This document shows positions 47,806 to 57,825 of a DNA stretch of 64,000 nt, piece after piece. A program made the translations under genes and the position numbers. Below the pieces are notes generated by a model. It worked only from the letters and a program-made list of their open reading frames with translations, was not told the DNA's origin and searched no databases. Positions within the stretch are counted from its first letter, which is position 1; the number at the start of each line of letters is the position of its first letter. The DNA lies in the sequence record NC_070999.1, one strand, 5' to 3'.

Positions 47806-48150
47806 ATGAGAGTGAATATTGAAAAAGAAGTTGAACTGTTAATAAACACTTTTAAAAATATATATTTTAATATTGATAAAGGATCATTAGTAATTTCCAT
47901 AAAACCTATTAACATTAAACAACTTGGGCATATCTCAGTTAGTAAAGAAAATGAACGACAACTTGTAGAACTATTGGATAATCAAGTTAATTTAAGATGG
48001 GGTTATGGTTTCTGCCAAGAGTCTCCCATTATTGAGATTTATTTAGGTAATGAGAAAAGGGGTTGTTGTTTTGATGGTATACAGGCGTTATCTCCAACCA
48101 CTGAGGGATTAGTAGAACTAATAGCGGAGTTATTTGAAGATTTAACTTAG
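47806..48150 (+). CDS. hypothetical protein
   Basis: 114 aa with GAGGA SD. Confidence 0.65.
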   Translation: MRVNIEKEVELLINTFKNIYFNIDKGSLVISIKPINIKQLGHISVSKENERQLVELLDNQVNLRWGYGFCQESPIIEIYLGNEKRGCCFDGIQALSPTTEGLVELIAELFEDLT

Positions 48151-48160
48151 AGAACAGTTT

Positions 48161-48565
48161 ATGCTAAGTTCATCAGGATTGATAATACTTACTAGTTCAT
48201 TGATAAAGGCTGTAACTAGTAATATACTATTTCAATGTAAAGAGACTCATGAAACGATTAAATTAGATCAAAGAGTACCAGTTTCAATATACGGTAAATG
48301 TTATTATGGAATTGTGAAACGTGATCTAATTATGGAGAATCATTTTAAACATGTAATAAAAGAACCAATAGATTATTATCTTTATTTTGGGTTTGATAGT
48401 GGTAAGGGTAGTGATATAGTTGATTTGTTTACAGCTGAAATAACAGTTGGGGTTATTACTAAATTGAAATCAGGATCTAGAGAACTAGAGTTTACACCTG
48501 GAACGTTACAAGATTCAGATTTCTACGCTTTTATTAAATCAATTGGTGAAAATCTAGTTTATTAA
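48161..48565 (+). CDS. hypothetical protein
   Basis: 134-aa ORF in a tandem block. Confidence 0.6.
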   Translation: MLSSSGLIILTSSLIKAVTSNILFQCKETHETIKLDQRVPVSIYGKCYYGIVKRDLIMENHFKHVIKEPIDYYLYFGFDSGKGSDIVDLFTAEITVGVITKLKSGSRELEFTPGTLQDSDFYAFIKSIGENLVY

Positions 48566-48595
48566 ATTTTTACGTTAAGTCTAGGAGATAAGAAA

Positions 48596-49123
48596 ATGAA
48601 ATTACGTATGGATGTATTGAAAAGTAACATTGGTTCTAAAAGTGTAGAACTTGTTAAGTTTATTCGTAAAGAGATTGAAGAGATCAGTTTTCTCATAACT
48701 GTTGATATGGATTACAGATTGGTAATGAAACGTGCTTACGGTTTACGTTACTCCATTTCCGTAATTGATACAGTTACCAAAGAAGTAAAAGATTTTGGAT
48801 TTGGTGAATACTTCCCAGCTGTAAGTGTTAAAGATTCCGAAGTGTTCTTGAAAGTGGAGCGATTCTTGCTTAACTTGTTTGGTGGGAAGATGTTTGATAC
48901 CTGGGTTAATCAACAAGTACAGAGAACCAAAGGTAGAAAGAAACTTGCTGATCTAATTTGTAAACACTATCCGGATTTAAACCATGATGGTGTTTTGAGT
49001 ATGTTAAATAAAAAGAGAACTGGTGAAGTAAACTTTATGTTACTCCCAACTCTGTTAAAGCCTGTTAAAGCTGCTTTTTGTAATTGTGAAATTATGGATT
49101 ACGAAACCTTAAGTGTAGAATAA
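48596..49123 (+). CDS. hypothetical protein
   Basis: 175 aa with AGGAG SD. Confidence 0.7.
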   Translation: MKLRMDVLKSNIGSKSVELVKFIRKEIEEISFLITVDMDYRLVMKRAYGLRYSISVIDTVTKEVKDFGFGEYFPAVSVKDSEVFLKVERFLLNLFGGKMFDTWVNQQVQRTKGRKKLADLICKHYPDLNHDGVLSMLNKKRTGEVNFMLLPTLLKPVKAAFCNCEIMDYETLSVE

Positions 49124-49129
49124 GGGGAA

Positions 49130-49774
49130 ATGAAAATGAATTGTCCTGATCTTGCCATTAACAAGTTTAATGATCACATGGCTGTAAGAGTTAATGAACT
49201 TCCGCCTACTTTACCTAAATCGTTCTTTAAAGAGTATAAGTTTAGTTTTGCAGATAGTTATGATGTACGTTCTAGATACACTAGCCGTATTGGTTGGTTT
49301 ATTCTCACAACTGAAGTTAAAGAAGTATTGGTTAACTTCCTTAAAGGTAAAAGTGTTTTGGAAGTAGGTTCTGGGACAGGTTACTTCGCAGCTCACATGA
49401 AACAGGGTGGGGTAGAGGATTACAATGCAGTAGATATTTGGGATCCTCAGTACTGGGATGAAAGAACTCCTCGTCACTTTGGTATTGATGGTAATAGTTT
49501 AGATTACGTTGATAGTAGTTATGATGTAATTGTAATGAACTGGCCACCTTATGCTGATCCATTTGCTTATAAAGTTGTTAGTAAGATGAGTAAAGGTCAA
49601 ATATTAATATTTGAAGGTGAGGGTTATGGTGGTTGTACGGGTGATGATGATTTCTTTAATTACTTGGATGAACATTTTACGCCAATGAAAGAACTTGATG
49701 ACGGACTTAATGAACATCATATCAGGTTTCCTGGTATTAATGATTATTGGTGGGTTTATGTTAAAACTAGTTAA
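49130..49774 (+). CDS. class I SAM-dependent methyltransferase
   Basis: VLEVGSGTGYFA motif I, AVD motif II and DVIVMNWPPY motif IV. Confidence 0.8.
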   Translation: MKMNCPDLAINKFNDHMAVRVNELPPTLPKSFFKEYKFSFADSYDVRSRYTSRIGWFILTTEVKEVLVNFLKGKSVLEVGSGTGYFAAHMKQGGVEDYNAVDIWDPQYWDERTPRHFGIDGNSLDYVDSSYDVIVMNWPPYADPFAYKVVSKMSKGQILIFEGEGYGGCTGDDDFFNYLDEHFTPMKELDDGLNEHHIRFPGINDYWWVYVKTS

Positions 49775-49787
49775 GGAGAGTTGCTAG

Positions 49788-50105
49788 ATGTTGAACGAAA
49801 TCGGGCACAGTAAGTTTCAGGAAGAACTTACCAAAGCTATTGTAGAAATCAAACAAAAAGCTGAAGAATCCAAACCTATGTACGGACAACATGTGTATCG
49901 TTTTCTCGATACTGTTTATCCGTATCGTTTTAAAATGTGTGTTGAATACGACGTCTGGGATCAGGATGGTAATGTAGCTATTAGTTGTTCTTTACACACT
50001 AATGTTGTTGCTGACGCTTTGGTGAAGGTTTCTGAAGATAAGCTCAAAGACACTGACTGTGTTTCAGAGATCGTATCTACTTTGACCACTAAGTTGTTTC
50101 ACTAA
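49788..50105 (+). CDS. hypothetical protein
   Basis: 105 aa with AAGGAG SD. Confidence 0.68.
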   Translation: MLNEIGHSKFQEELTKAIVEIKQKAEESKPMYGQHVYRFLDTVYPYRFKMCVEYDVWDQDGNVAISCSLHTNVVADALVKVSEDKLKDTDCVSEIVSTLTTKLFH

Positions 50106-50116
50106 TTAACAAATGC

Positions 50117-50150
50117 TAAGTTAACTCCTACCTAGGTAGGAGTTAACTTA
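50117..50150. repeat. perfect 34-bp palindrome abutting the next start codon
   Basis: TAAGTTAACTCCTACCT-AGGTAGGAGTTAACTTA. Confidence 0.85.
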
Positions 50151-50714
50151 ATGGAGAACTATATCATGAAAATATTAGAATTTGTTTTGTCAGCTAAAGA
50201 TAATGTTGATTTTTATGAGTCTGTAGAAAACTATTTATCTGACACCGATCTTTATTGCTTGGTACCTAAACAAGAAATAATTGAAAAGGACTTTTTTGTA
50301 AAATTATTAGTTGTGTGGATAGATAAAAACAAAGAAAAACAAGGAATTGTGGTCGCACATAACAGTATTCAAGAAGTGATTAAATGGTTTAAAGAAACCC
50401 ATGAGGAAGTGTATAACTTACTTCCACATTTAAATGTAGATGAGTTTGAAAAATTAGCAAAAGAAATGAAAGCTTCTTCAGAATTAACATTACGATCTGT
50501 AGATGACCCTGAAGATTTTAAAGAAGGGTTTTTTAATGAACCAGAGCCCGATGATTTTGTTCCTGAATTGTCGACAGCAAAAGAGTCGATGGATAATATA
50601 GTTAAAAATGGTTTTTACACTTGTATACAGTGTTATCCGGAAACACCAGTCGGGTTCTTTGTTTTCTATGGAAATGATTTTCAATCTCTGTTGGATCATG
50701 TTAATAGTGATTAA
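50151..50714 (+). CDS. hypothetical protein
   Basis: 187 aa; C-terminal CYPETPVGFF motif. Confidence 0.68.
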   Translation: MENYIMKILEFVLSAKDNVDFYESVENYLSDTDLYCLVPKQEIIEKDFFVKLLVVWIDKNKEKQGIVVAHNSIQEVIKWFKETHEEVYNLLPHLNVDEFEKLAKEMKASSELTLRSVDDPEDFKEGFFNEPEPDDFVPELSTAKESMDNIVKNGFYTCIQCYPETPVGFFVFYGNDFQSLLDHVNSD

Positions 50715-50735
50715 TAAAGCTATCGAGCGATAAAG

Positions 50736-51236
50736 ATGAAAGATGCTATTACCAACTACTTAGTAAAACAGTCTATTGGGTCAGACATTACTTTACAAAA
50801 AGGATTTCTGTTAAACGACAGTGGTATAGTGGAACACGAAACTAATCTCAATGATAATTTCTATCTGCATATGGTAAAGGGTGAAACTAGAACTATTGTT
50901 AGTTTAGTTAAACGTAATCCAGAGCAAGCTATTACTATTGGATCTTTTTGTAACTTTCGATCAGTTAATGATAAAATGGAGTGGTTAATAGATTCCATGA
51001 GTTATTATGTTTTTAACTGTGTAATGAAAGATCTGAAAATAGAACACTATTTAAACAAAGATCACTTGTTCACAGAAAACGATTACAATAAACTAAATAC
51101 TTTAATTGGGAAGAATGTTGTAATCAAGATTAATACTAAACATTGGAATAAATGGTGTTTAGGTTTGTTAAAGACATTACAAGGGAAGTTCATTAAAGGT
51201 GAACTTTTGCAAGATGTTAAAGTAATTCTAATTTAA
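50736..51236 (+). CDS. hypothetical protein
   Basis: 166-aa ORF in a tandem block. Confidence 0.65.
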   Translation: MKDAITNYLVKQSIGSDITLQKGFLLNDSGIVEHETNLNDNFYLHMVKGETRTIVSLVKRNPEQAITIGSFCNFRSVNDKMEWLIDSMSYYVFNCVMKDLKIEHYLNKDHLFTENDYNKLNTLIGKNVVIKINTKHWNKWCLGLLKTLQGKFIKGELLQDVKVILI

Positions 51237-51249
51237 AGGAATATAGAAA

Positions 51250-51633
51250 ATGTCAGAGATCGAAGTAAACGATATTACCTTTCAACTTGCTGCTAAATTA
51301 AATGGCAAGAGCTTTGTTAGAAGCGGTAAACGGAGAATGAAATGTTGGGATGAAGGATACGACGAAGTACTTTTATCCGATGATCCGAAAGGATTTACAA
51401 TGATCAAAGCCGCTTCAGAATTTCACCACATAGTAGTTGATGATGACGCTGGTGGGAAATATTGGATGGGGGTATTGGTTTTTGGACCAAAGAGCACTGA
51501 AGGTAAGTTAAACGCACTAATTATTAAAGTTGGAAGGGTGGATAAAAATCTTAATCCAATTGAAATTTCTGAAGAATATAATCATGGCAATGTTTTATTG
51601 GATTTAATCGGCGATTCGGCTATTATACATTAA
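51250..51633 (+). CDS. hypothetical protein
   Basis: 127 aa with AAGGA SD. Confidence 0.68.
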   Translation: MSEIEVNDITFQLAAKLNGKSFVRSGKRRMKCWDEGYDEVLLSDDPKGFTMIKAASEFHHIVVDDDAGGKYWMGVLVFGPKSTEGKLNALIIKVGRVDKNLNPIEISEEYNHGNVLLDLIGDSAIIH

Positions 51634-52250
51634 TGCAGGGTTTATTTATGAAAAATAGTGACTTATTAATAGAACTTAAAGAGTTGATTTATAGAACAAG
51701 AAATGTGATAGAAAAAAGATACGATAAAACAAGGATAGCAACAAAAACATTTAACTATAAGGATATAGTTAAATTAGTTAAAAATCCAAATTTTGATGTA
51801 GCTGTAGATATTTCACATATGTTAGGATGTTTATTGGATCTAAATACCGCGGTCTTAGAAAACAAAGTGACTGATGAAGAATTATCGGATCTAATAATTA
51901 ATATTCACAATAACCAAGTAATTAAAAATATACTAGATAAAACCCTGTGTCTCAAATACGATACAATACACACTGAACTCAATAATGAGCAGTTGGCTCA
52001 AGGAGTATTGCATTTCTTTGAACAGACCGGTGATCCAGCTCACGCTTGTATGTATATTGCACCTTTACAAAAAGATCTAAGGGAGATGATTACTCTTTTA
52101 GGATTGGAAGAAAGAGATTACGAACAAATGTGGGAAGAAATAATATCTCCTAAACTAACCAACGGTGATTACTATACCAACGTAACAATTATTATATTCG
52201 AGCTATTACGTAAAAAGAAAATGTTAATGAACATAACGGAGTGGATATGA
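51633..52250 (+). CDS. hypothetical protein
   Basis: 205 aa with TAATG coupling. Confidence 0.68.
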   Translation: MQGLFMKNSDLLIELKELIYRTRNVIEKRYDKTRIATKTFNYKDIVKLVKNPNFDVAVDISHMLGCLLDLNTAVLENKVTDEELSDLIINIHNNQVIKNILDKTLCLKYDTIHTELNNEQLAQGVLHFFEQTGDPAHACMYIAPLQKDLREMITLLGLEERDYEQMWEEIISPKLTNGDYYTNVTIIIFELLRKKKMLMNITEWI

Positions 52251-52828
52251 AAACTTACAAAGTTGAAGAACTTACTTTAAGCGAAGCTAGAACACTCTCA
52301 GGAGTTTTGTTTCATTTTACAGATAAACATACTGCTGTTAGTGAGAACGGTATTATAACACTTCTCACGAGCTCTGAGGAGGGATTTAGTCACGTACTTA
52401 AGAGTGATAGTTTCTTTATCTATCGCGAAGAGGAATCTGAAGAACCTGATACCAATGAACTTGTTTGGGTTTGTGGACTAATTAATCAAGAACAAGATGT
52501 CTTGATGATGAAGTCCGGAAAGGAAGATGTTAGCAATGTTGACAGGATCATAGTAAGTTATCTTACCAGGTTACTTAATAACGAAGAACAGTTTTATCGT
52601 TTTGTAATTGGGGATGATACATGGGAAGTTCTCTGCTGTCTCAATATCACGTCAACACAATTTCTTCTTAGGAAAATGAATACGACAATTGACAACTTGG
52701 TACGTTATTCCGATGTTTGTGAAATTGACAAGTATTATCGCAAAACAGGTATTTGGCCAGTAGCTCAAAAGTTCAGAGAACATTTAGATAATCATTACAA
52801 AGGTATCTTGGATGTCAGAACTTTTTAA
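52241..52828 (+). CDS. hypothetical protein
   Basis: 195-aa overlapping ORF. Confidence 0.68.
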   Translation: MDMKTYKVEELTLSEARTLSGVLFHFTDKHTAVSENGIITLLTSSEEGFSHVLKSDSFFIYREEESEEPDTNELVWVCGLINQEQDVLMMKSGKEDVSNVDRIIVSYLTRLLNNEEQFYRFVIGDDTWEVLCCLNITSTQFLLRKMNTTIDNLVRYSDVCEIDKYYRKTGIWPVAQKFREHLDNHYKGILDVRTF

Positions 52829-53192
52829 AGCGATCTGGTTTAGTTTTTGGTTTGATGTAAAGAAAGATGTTCCAATTAGTTTCTACAAGGAAGATATCAC
52901 AAGTTTGAGAAGCTGGGTTTATGGAACAGAGTTTAAACCAAGAAAGATAAGATTCATTAATCAACTAGGTGAAACCAGAGTTGGACTATTCTATTTTGAA
53001 TGGAACTTCTCTGGTTTAATCTTAACGCCTGTTCCTGGTACAACTGCTAAGTTAATATTCCCTAAGAAAAAGAAAGTAGTGCGTTTCGTTAATACATTTG
53101 AACGTGAGCCTGAATACGATGCACCTAAATTGTTTAACAGAAACTTATTGAACAAATGGGTTTATGTGTTTAAACCACACAAAACAATATAA
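52812..53192 (+). CDS. hypothetical protein
   Basis: 126-aa overlapping ORF. Confidence 0.65.
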   Translation: MSELFKAIWFSFWFDVKKDVPISFYKEDITSLRSWVYGTEFKPRKIRFINQLGETRVGLFYFEWNFSGLILTPVPGTTAKLIFPKKKKVVRFVNTFEREPEYDAPKLFNRNLLNKWVYVFKPHKTI

Positions 53193-53201
53193 ATAAAGTT
53201 C

Positions 53202-53234
53202 CATAATTTTTCAAACATATATTATTCTAGTGTG
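53202..53234 (+). promoter_or_regulatory. putative early promoter
   Basis: CATAATTTTTCAAACATATATTATTCTAGTGTG. Confidence 0.75.
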
Positions 53235-53244
53235 ATGTAGAGTA

Positions 53245-53757
53245 ATGTCTTTTTTAATGGAGAGTCTAGAGATGTCTGTTATTGAAAGTGTAGCTGAATT
53301 GAAAACCTTGACCAAAGCTTGTTTGAAAACTGTAATGTTCCATAATGTCTTTCTTCAACCTGGTGATTACCAATTCCGTAAACTCAAAGGTAACCTCCTT
53401 ATGGAACTGAAAGTAGAACTCCTTGATGGTAAGCGAATGCTCAACATCTACATTCACGGAAGTTCTGGTGAAAGTAAACAACTTCTATCACTTTCTCTAG
53501 GTGATTGTAAGTCTTGGTATAATAAAGATTTCATCAGAGTTATTGAGCAAGCTTTGGTAAAACAGATGTTTGTTCGTCTAGGTGAAACTAAACAGATGGT
53601 ATTTGATGATCTCGATTACTATTATGTTTACACCAAGAAATTGGATAAAGCTATTTGTAGCGAAGTAGAACAAGCTATGGACAATTTCCACTCCGGGTTG
53701 AATAAAATCAAAGCTCCGTTCCGCAAATTGCTCTCAGTGCCAGTACAACTCGTTTAA
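53245..53757 (+). CDS. hypothetical early protein
   Basis: 170-aa ORF; the start may be the later ATG following GGAGAG. Confidence 0.68.
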   Translation: MSFLMESLEMSVIESVAELKTLTKACLKTVMFHNVFLQPGDYQFRKLKGNLLMELKVELLDGKRMLNIYIHGSSGESKQLLSLSLGDCKSWYNKDFIRVIEQALVKQMFVRLGETKQMVFDDLDYYYVYTKKLDKAICSEVEQAMDNFHSGLNKIKAPFRKLLSVPVQLV

Positions 53758-53786
53758 ATCGATATTAAAAGTCTAGGGGAAATAAA

Positions 53787-54524
53787 ATGCAAGTAACTAT
53801 TAAACAACTTATGCAAGCAGCACCTTTGCTTAGTAAAGAAGTCCTTAACCGTATCAATAACTACATTGCAATTCGTAGCAGTAACTCAGTATTACCTATC
53901 CAGCCTTTTGAAATTTATGGGATTAAGTGTAAACTACTGTTTTTGAAAATCCCAAATGGTGTAAAGGTTAGTTTAAACCTCGCTGAAAAGTTTAGTCTGG
54001 AAACTGAAATTCCGTCTGACACCTTCGGTAAAAAGATCGATCCTTCCCACGTGGTTGAAATGATCAATGAAGGAATATTCGATTTTATCAGAAAGATTTT
54101 CTTTAAGATCCTAGCCTGCGATGTTGACAGTTTGCTGAAACAGTATCATGAAGCTGAAGTTGGTGATGTTAGCCATCTGTTCAATCATTATTATCCTTCA
54201 ATCGAAGTTAAGAAGCGTAGTAACGGCTACTCTTACCATAGTTGGTTAGGGGTTCCCAAATCCGAAGAAGGTACACTTCGTTATGAATCTGTTGTTCTGA
54301 ATTCCAAAGATCATCGCCTTATTGGAATCGGGAGTGTTAGTATTGTAGAAAACACCAGTACTTGGAGGCTTACTAATTACGCTGACCACAATCCAACTAC
54401 TGTTTCTACCGAACAAGATATCTACGGTTGCAAGGTAATCGATAACTTTACCGATGATTTGACCTGGCTTTGCATGAAGGGTGATTACAATCCGGAATGG
54501 TTGGATAAGCTAGTTTCGATCTAA
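53787..54524 (+). CDS. hypothetical protein
   Basis: 245 aa with GGGGA SD. Confidence 0.7.
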   Translation: MQVTIKQLMQAAPLLSKEVLNRINNYIAIRSSNSVLPIQPFEIYGIKCKLLFLKIPNGVKVSLNLAEKFSLETEIPSDTFGKKIDPSHVVEMINEGIFDFIRKIFFKILACDVDSLLKQYHEAEVGDVSHLFNHYYPSIEVKKRSNGYSYHSWLGVPKSEEGTLRYESVVLNSKDHRLIGIGSVSIVENTSTWRLTNYADHNPTTVSTEQDIYGCKVIDNFTDDLTWLCMKGDYNPEWLDKLVSI

Positions 54525-54552
54525 TAACTCAAAATAGAAAGGGATAAACCTA

Positions 54553-54921
54553 ATGCAACAAGTAGATAGTAAGTTTGAAAAGAAGATGGTAGTGTTCCTC
54601 AACAGTTTGATTAATCAGACCAAGAAGAACAAGATTGAACTTAACAGTAAAGCCGAATTCAATATTGATGGTAAAACTGTTGTATTCAGCGCTCTGCCTG
54701 AATACCGTAAATTTGGAACTCACCAAGTATGTAATTGGAATAGTCCTGTTTACAATAGCAACAAAGAAAGTGTAGTGGCTTCTTTCAAACTGAAATTGAA
54801 CGGAAATATGTTTGGTAAGTTTAGTGTTCACGTGAAACATGTGGTAGGAGATGTTCCTGAACAAGAACTTATTAAACTCTCTCGTGAAATGAAACAAACC
54901 GCATCGACTACTTTAAACTAG
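54553..54921 (+). CDS. hypothetical protein
   Basis: 122 aa with AGGGA SD. Confidence 0.68.
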   Translation: MQQVDSKFEKKMVVFLNSLINQTKKNKIELNSKAEFNIDGKTVVFSALPEYRKFGTHQVCNWNSPVYNSNKESVVASFKLKLNGNMFGKFSVHVKHVVGDVPEQELIKLSREMKQTASTTLN

Positions 54922-54932
54922 TCTAGGAGATA

Positions 54933-55568
54933 ATGCAAATGGAAATGACTGTTAGCGCAACTGAATTACTGGATAATGTAACGTTGTTCTGGAGCGGTAT
55001 TGAAACTGCTCGTAAGAACTTCAAACAAACCCAAGTGGTTGGGTTTAGCAATACCATTGAACTAAACGAAACTATTAAAGTGGAGTTCTGGAATCAGTGT
55101 AATGAAGAAGGTGATCTTTCTGTTGTTGCTAAAATACCTGGGTTGGGATATTCAGGTGACCTTAACTTCGGATACTCAGAAGTTCAAGAGGAAGAACTCA
55201 CCGAGGAGTATTATGGAAATCACCTCCTGATCTTTATTAATAGTTTGGGTAAAATCCTAGCTCATAAAGCCTATGATCAGTGGTGTGAAGAGACTAAGTT
55301 TATACAGTACGTTGATCTTAACGATACTGATAAGATGACCGAACTCCTTCCCAAGGGGTTTGGTATGGTATTGGAACCTGAAGTACGTGGTTATGATCTT
55401 CAAGTAGTGGATAGTGAAGGTCAGTTGTTATACCGAGCAGCAGGTGAAAACGTTCTGGACTTTGAAGAGAACACTTCCTGGGATAAACTCAAGCTGGAAA
55501 TTAAACTTGCTTGGATGACTGTTTACATTAATGGTCTTGCTTTCAAAGATCTAAAAGTTGTTATTTAA
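54933..55568 (+). CDS. hypothetical acidic protein
   Basis: 211 aa with AGGAG SD. Confidence 0.7.
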   Translation: MQMEMTVSATELLDNVTLFWSGIETARKNFKQTQVVGFSNTIELNETIKVEFWNQCNEEGDLSVVAKIPGLGYSGDLNFGYSEVQEEELTEEYYGNHLLIFINSLGKILAHKAYDQWCEETKFIQYVDLNDTDKMTELLPKGFGMVLEPEVRGYDLQVVDSEGQLLYRAAGENVLDFEENTSWDKLKLEIKLAWMTVYINGLAFKDLKVVI

Positions 55569-55576
55569 ACCTATCT

Positions 55577-55606
55577 AGAGTAACCCAGGATCTCCTGGGT
55601 TACTCT
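55577..55606 (+). terminator. intrinsic terminator
   Basis: AGAGTAACCCAGGA-TC-TCCTGGGTTACTCT followed by TTT. Confidence 0.8.
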
Positions 55607-55645
55607 TTTAAGTCTAGTTGAATAAGCACGATAGGAATAATTATA

Positions 55646-56110
55646 ATGATGAAAGAAGGTAGGATAAGTTATGCGATAGATGGGAATAAAGTTGTATTCC
55701 ATGATAATCAACTAAAGGGTAGTTTGGTATTGTATTTCAAACCTTTGAATCCTAAGCAAGGTTCAGATTTGATGTATGGCACTTTAAACGATATCTTGTT
55801 GTCGTTGAAGAGAAAAGAACTTATCTTGGAGTTATTCGGAATCACCAGAATAGATGTTCAAAAAGACATTATTCTTAAAGGTAAGATTTTTCTTAAATCT
55901 AGTTTCTTATTTGATCCTGAATTGAACAATTCTAAGCTACACTTTGTTTCTATTAAAAGTCGCTGCGTAATTAACGAATCAGAGATTTCTCACTTTGGTG
56001 ATACAAGACATGGATTAATTAAATTTGATCACTGTAGTATTTCCAAAGAAGATTTTGTAAGACTTCCTGCTGGAAGAGAAATTACTGTTATAAACAACCA
56101 AATCCATTAA
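55646..56110 (+). CDS. hypothetical protein
   Basis: 154 aa with AGGA SD. Confidence 0.65.
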   Translation: MMKEGRISYAIDGNKVVFHDNQLKGSLVLYFKPLNPKQGSDLMYGTLNDILLSLKRKELILELFGITRIDVQKDIILKGKIFLKSSFLFDPELNNSKLHFVSIKSRCVINESEISHFGDTRHGLIKFDHCSISKEDFVRLPAGREITVINNQIH

Positions 56111-56127
56111 TCTAGAAAGAGGTTATT

Positions 56128-57636
56128 ATGAACGCTAAATTCATTATTGAACAAATCGTTATGTCAATGTCATTTTTGAAAGCTGATCAATTTACCGAAC
56201 ATAAGTTTATTAAACAGGAAGATGAACATGGGATGTATAAGTGCTTGAAAGCAGTCATTAATCATCCTGAAACTGGTCACTTGCAAAATAAAGTTGGTGT
56301 TGCCACAATTTTAGAAGAGATCAAAGAAAAAATAGGGAGTATATTTTTCAATTGGAGTTATCTACTGGATATTCTCTCCGAGATTAACAAATTAGAAAAT
56401 GTAGAAGAACACAAGGAAGTGTTGGAGAGTTTTTATTATTGGATGCTCGGTGATCGACAAGTAACTAATGTTGATCTTTTTCTAGGTGTTATGAACCAAG
56501 ATGACCGTGCGGATCCACGCGAAATACTTGTGCGAGCTTTTCAAGGACAGTACCTAGATCTTCATTTATTTAATGAAACCATAGAACGTGCTTTTGATCT
56601 TAATCTAGACAAACAAATAGAGTTGCTTGTTGATGTCTTCAACATTCCACAATCCATGTATGAACAAATCCTAGAAAAACAAGATTCATATGAACGTCGA
56701 ACTTTTACCATCTATTCACTACGTTCATTCTTATTTGATAAAGAAACAACCTCGCCAGAACCAAAAGGTGATTCTGTTTCAGATGACACCCAAGCGGTTC
56801 AAGAAATTCTAAATAAACCAATTAAGGATAAAGAGATGAAGCAAGAACAATTCTACACCAAACTGTATTTCTATTCTGATGCAAAACGTATTATCTTCTC
56901 TGGTGGCAAGATCGAAGACATTGCTGAGTGTTTCTCCAAACTCTCTGTAGTTGATCAAGCTGACGTTTGTAACCAGTTCGGGATTACCATCACATCTATC
57001 AAACACGTTCCTGGGATTGCAACTGTACTTGCTACTATGTTCATGAACATGGAGATGGAAGTTCTCAAGCATAAGTTGTCTGATTTGGTTTCCCATGGTT
57101 ATATTGGTGAACTTCACGGTCGTATTGAACAATGTGAAACCTGGGAAGATGCAAATAAACTTCACCAGTACGTGATGTCTACTTTTAATGGAATGCAAGT
57201 TGAAAGTGTCAAAGACATTATCGTTAAACACTTTGGATTTGATAACCGTCATCAGTTCCAACACGATGGTACTCAACTAGCAGGTTTCTTTGCTGGTGTT
57301 ATCTTTGCTGACGCCATGTCTATGGTTCATCGTAAAGAAGAGTATCGTCATCAAGCAAGTCAAGAACACGCTTGTGATGGAGATTGTCCAGGTTGTTCAG
57401 AACAAAGAGAGATTCTGAATATTTCCAAACAACCTATGTTGAGTCTCAGTGCCGTAATTGACGCAATTAACAACGCTGATCTTGACACCAGTAAAGGCAA
57501 TGGTGAAACATTTGTCCCTGATATTTATAGTCGCAATTTTGGGATCGGGATGATTAAGGGTACACAAGAACCTAAACAACCAGTAAAATATCCGGTTAGT
57601 AACAAACGTCCACGCATCTTCATTATTAGTCGTTAA
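56128..57636 (+). CDS. hypothetical multi-domain protein with a C-terminal Cys cluster
   Basis: 502 aa; HACDGDCPGC motif; GAGG SD. Confidence 0.7.
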   Translation: MNAKFIIEQIVMSMSFLKADQFTEHKFIKQEDEHGMYKCLKAVINHPETGHLQNKVGVATILEEIKEKIGSIFFNWSYLLDILSEINKLENVEEHKEVLESFYYWMLGDRQVTNVDLFLGVMNQDDRADPREILVRAFQGQYLDLHLFNETIERAFDLNLDKQIELLVDVFNIPQSMYEQILEKQDSYERRTFTIYSLRSFLFDKETTSPEPKGDSVSDDTQAVQEILNKPIKDKEMKQEQFYTKLYFYSDAKRIIFSGGKIEDIAECFSKLSVVDQADVCNQFGITITSIKHVPGIATVLATMFMNMEMEVLKHKLSDLVSHGYIGELHGRIEQCETWEDANKLHQYVMSTFNGMQVESVKDIIVKHFGFDNRHQFQHDGTQLAGFFAGVIFADAMSMVHRKEEYRHQASQEHACDGDCPGCSEQREILNISKQPMLSLSAVIDAINNADLDTSKGNGETFVPDIYSRNFGIGMIKGTQEPKQPVKYPVSNKRPRIFIISR

Positions 57637-57642
57637 TGATCA

Positions 57643-57674
57643 TACCCTCTACACCTTTGCAGGTGTAGAGGGTA
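57643..57674 (+). terminator. intrinsic terminator
   Basis: TACCCTCTACACCT-TTGC-AGGTGTAGAGGGTA. Confidence 0.8.
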
Positions 57675-57702
57675 ACTTAGTATATTTTTAATTTTGTCTC
57701 TT

Positions 57703-57736
57703 CTATAATTTTTCAAACATATATTATTACCGTGTA
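57703..57736 (+). promoter_or_regulatory. putative early promoter
   Basis: CTATAATTTTTCAAACATATATTATTACCGTGTA. Confidence 0.75.
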
Positions 57737-57825
57737 CCAGTAGGAAGAGTTTTAATTTTGACTAAGGAGTTCATCATGTAACTATAATCGTATTACCTAT
57801 CAAACCAACACACAGGGTCACTAGG

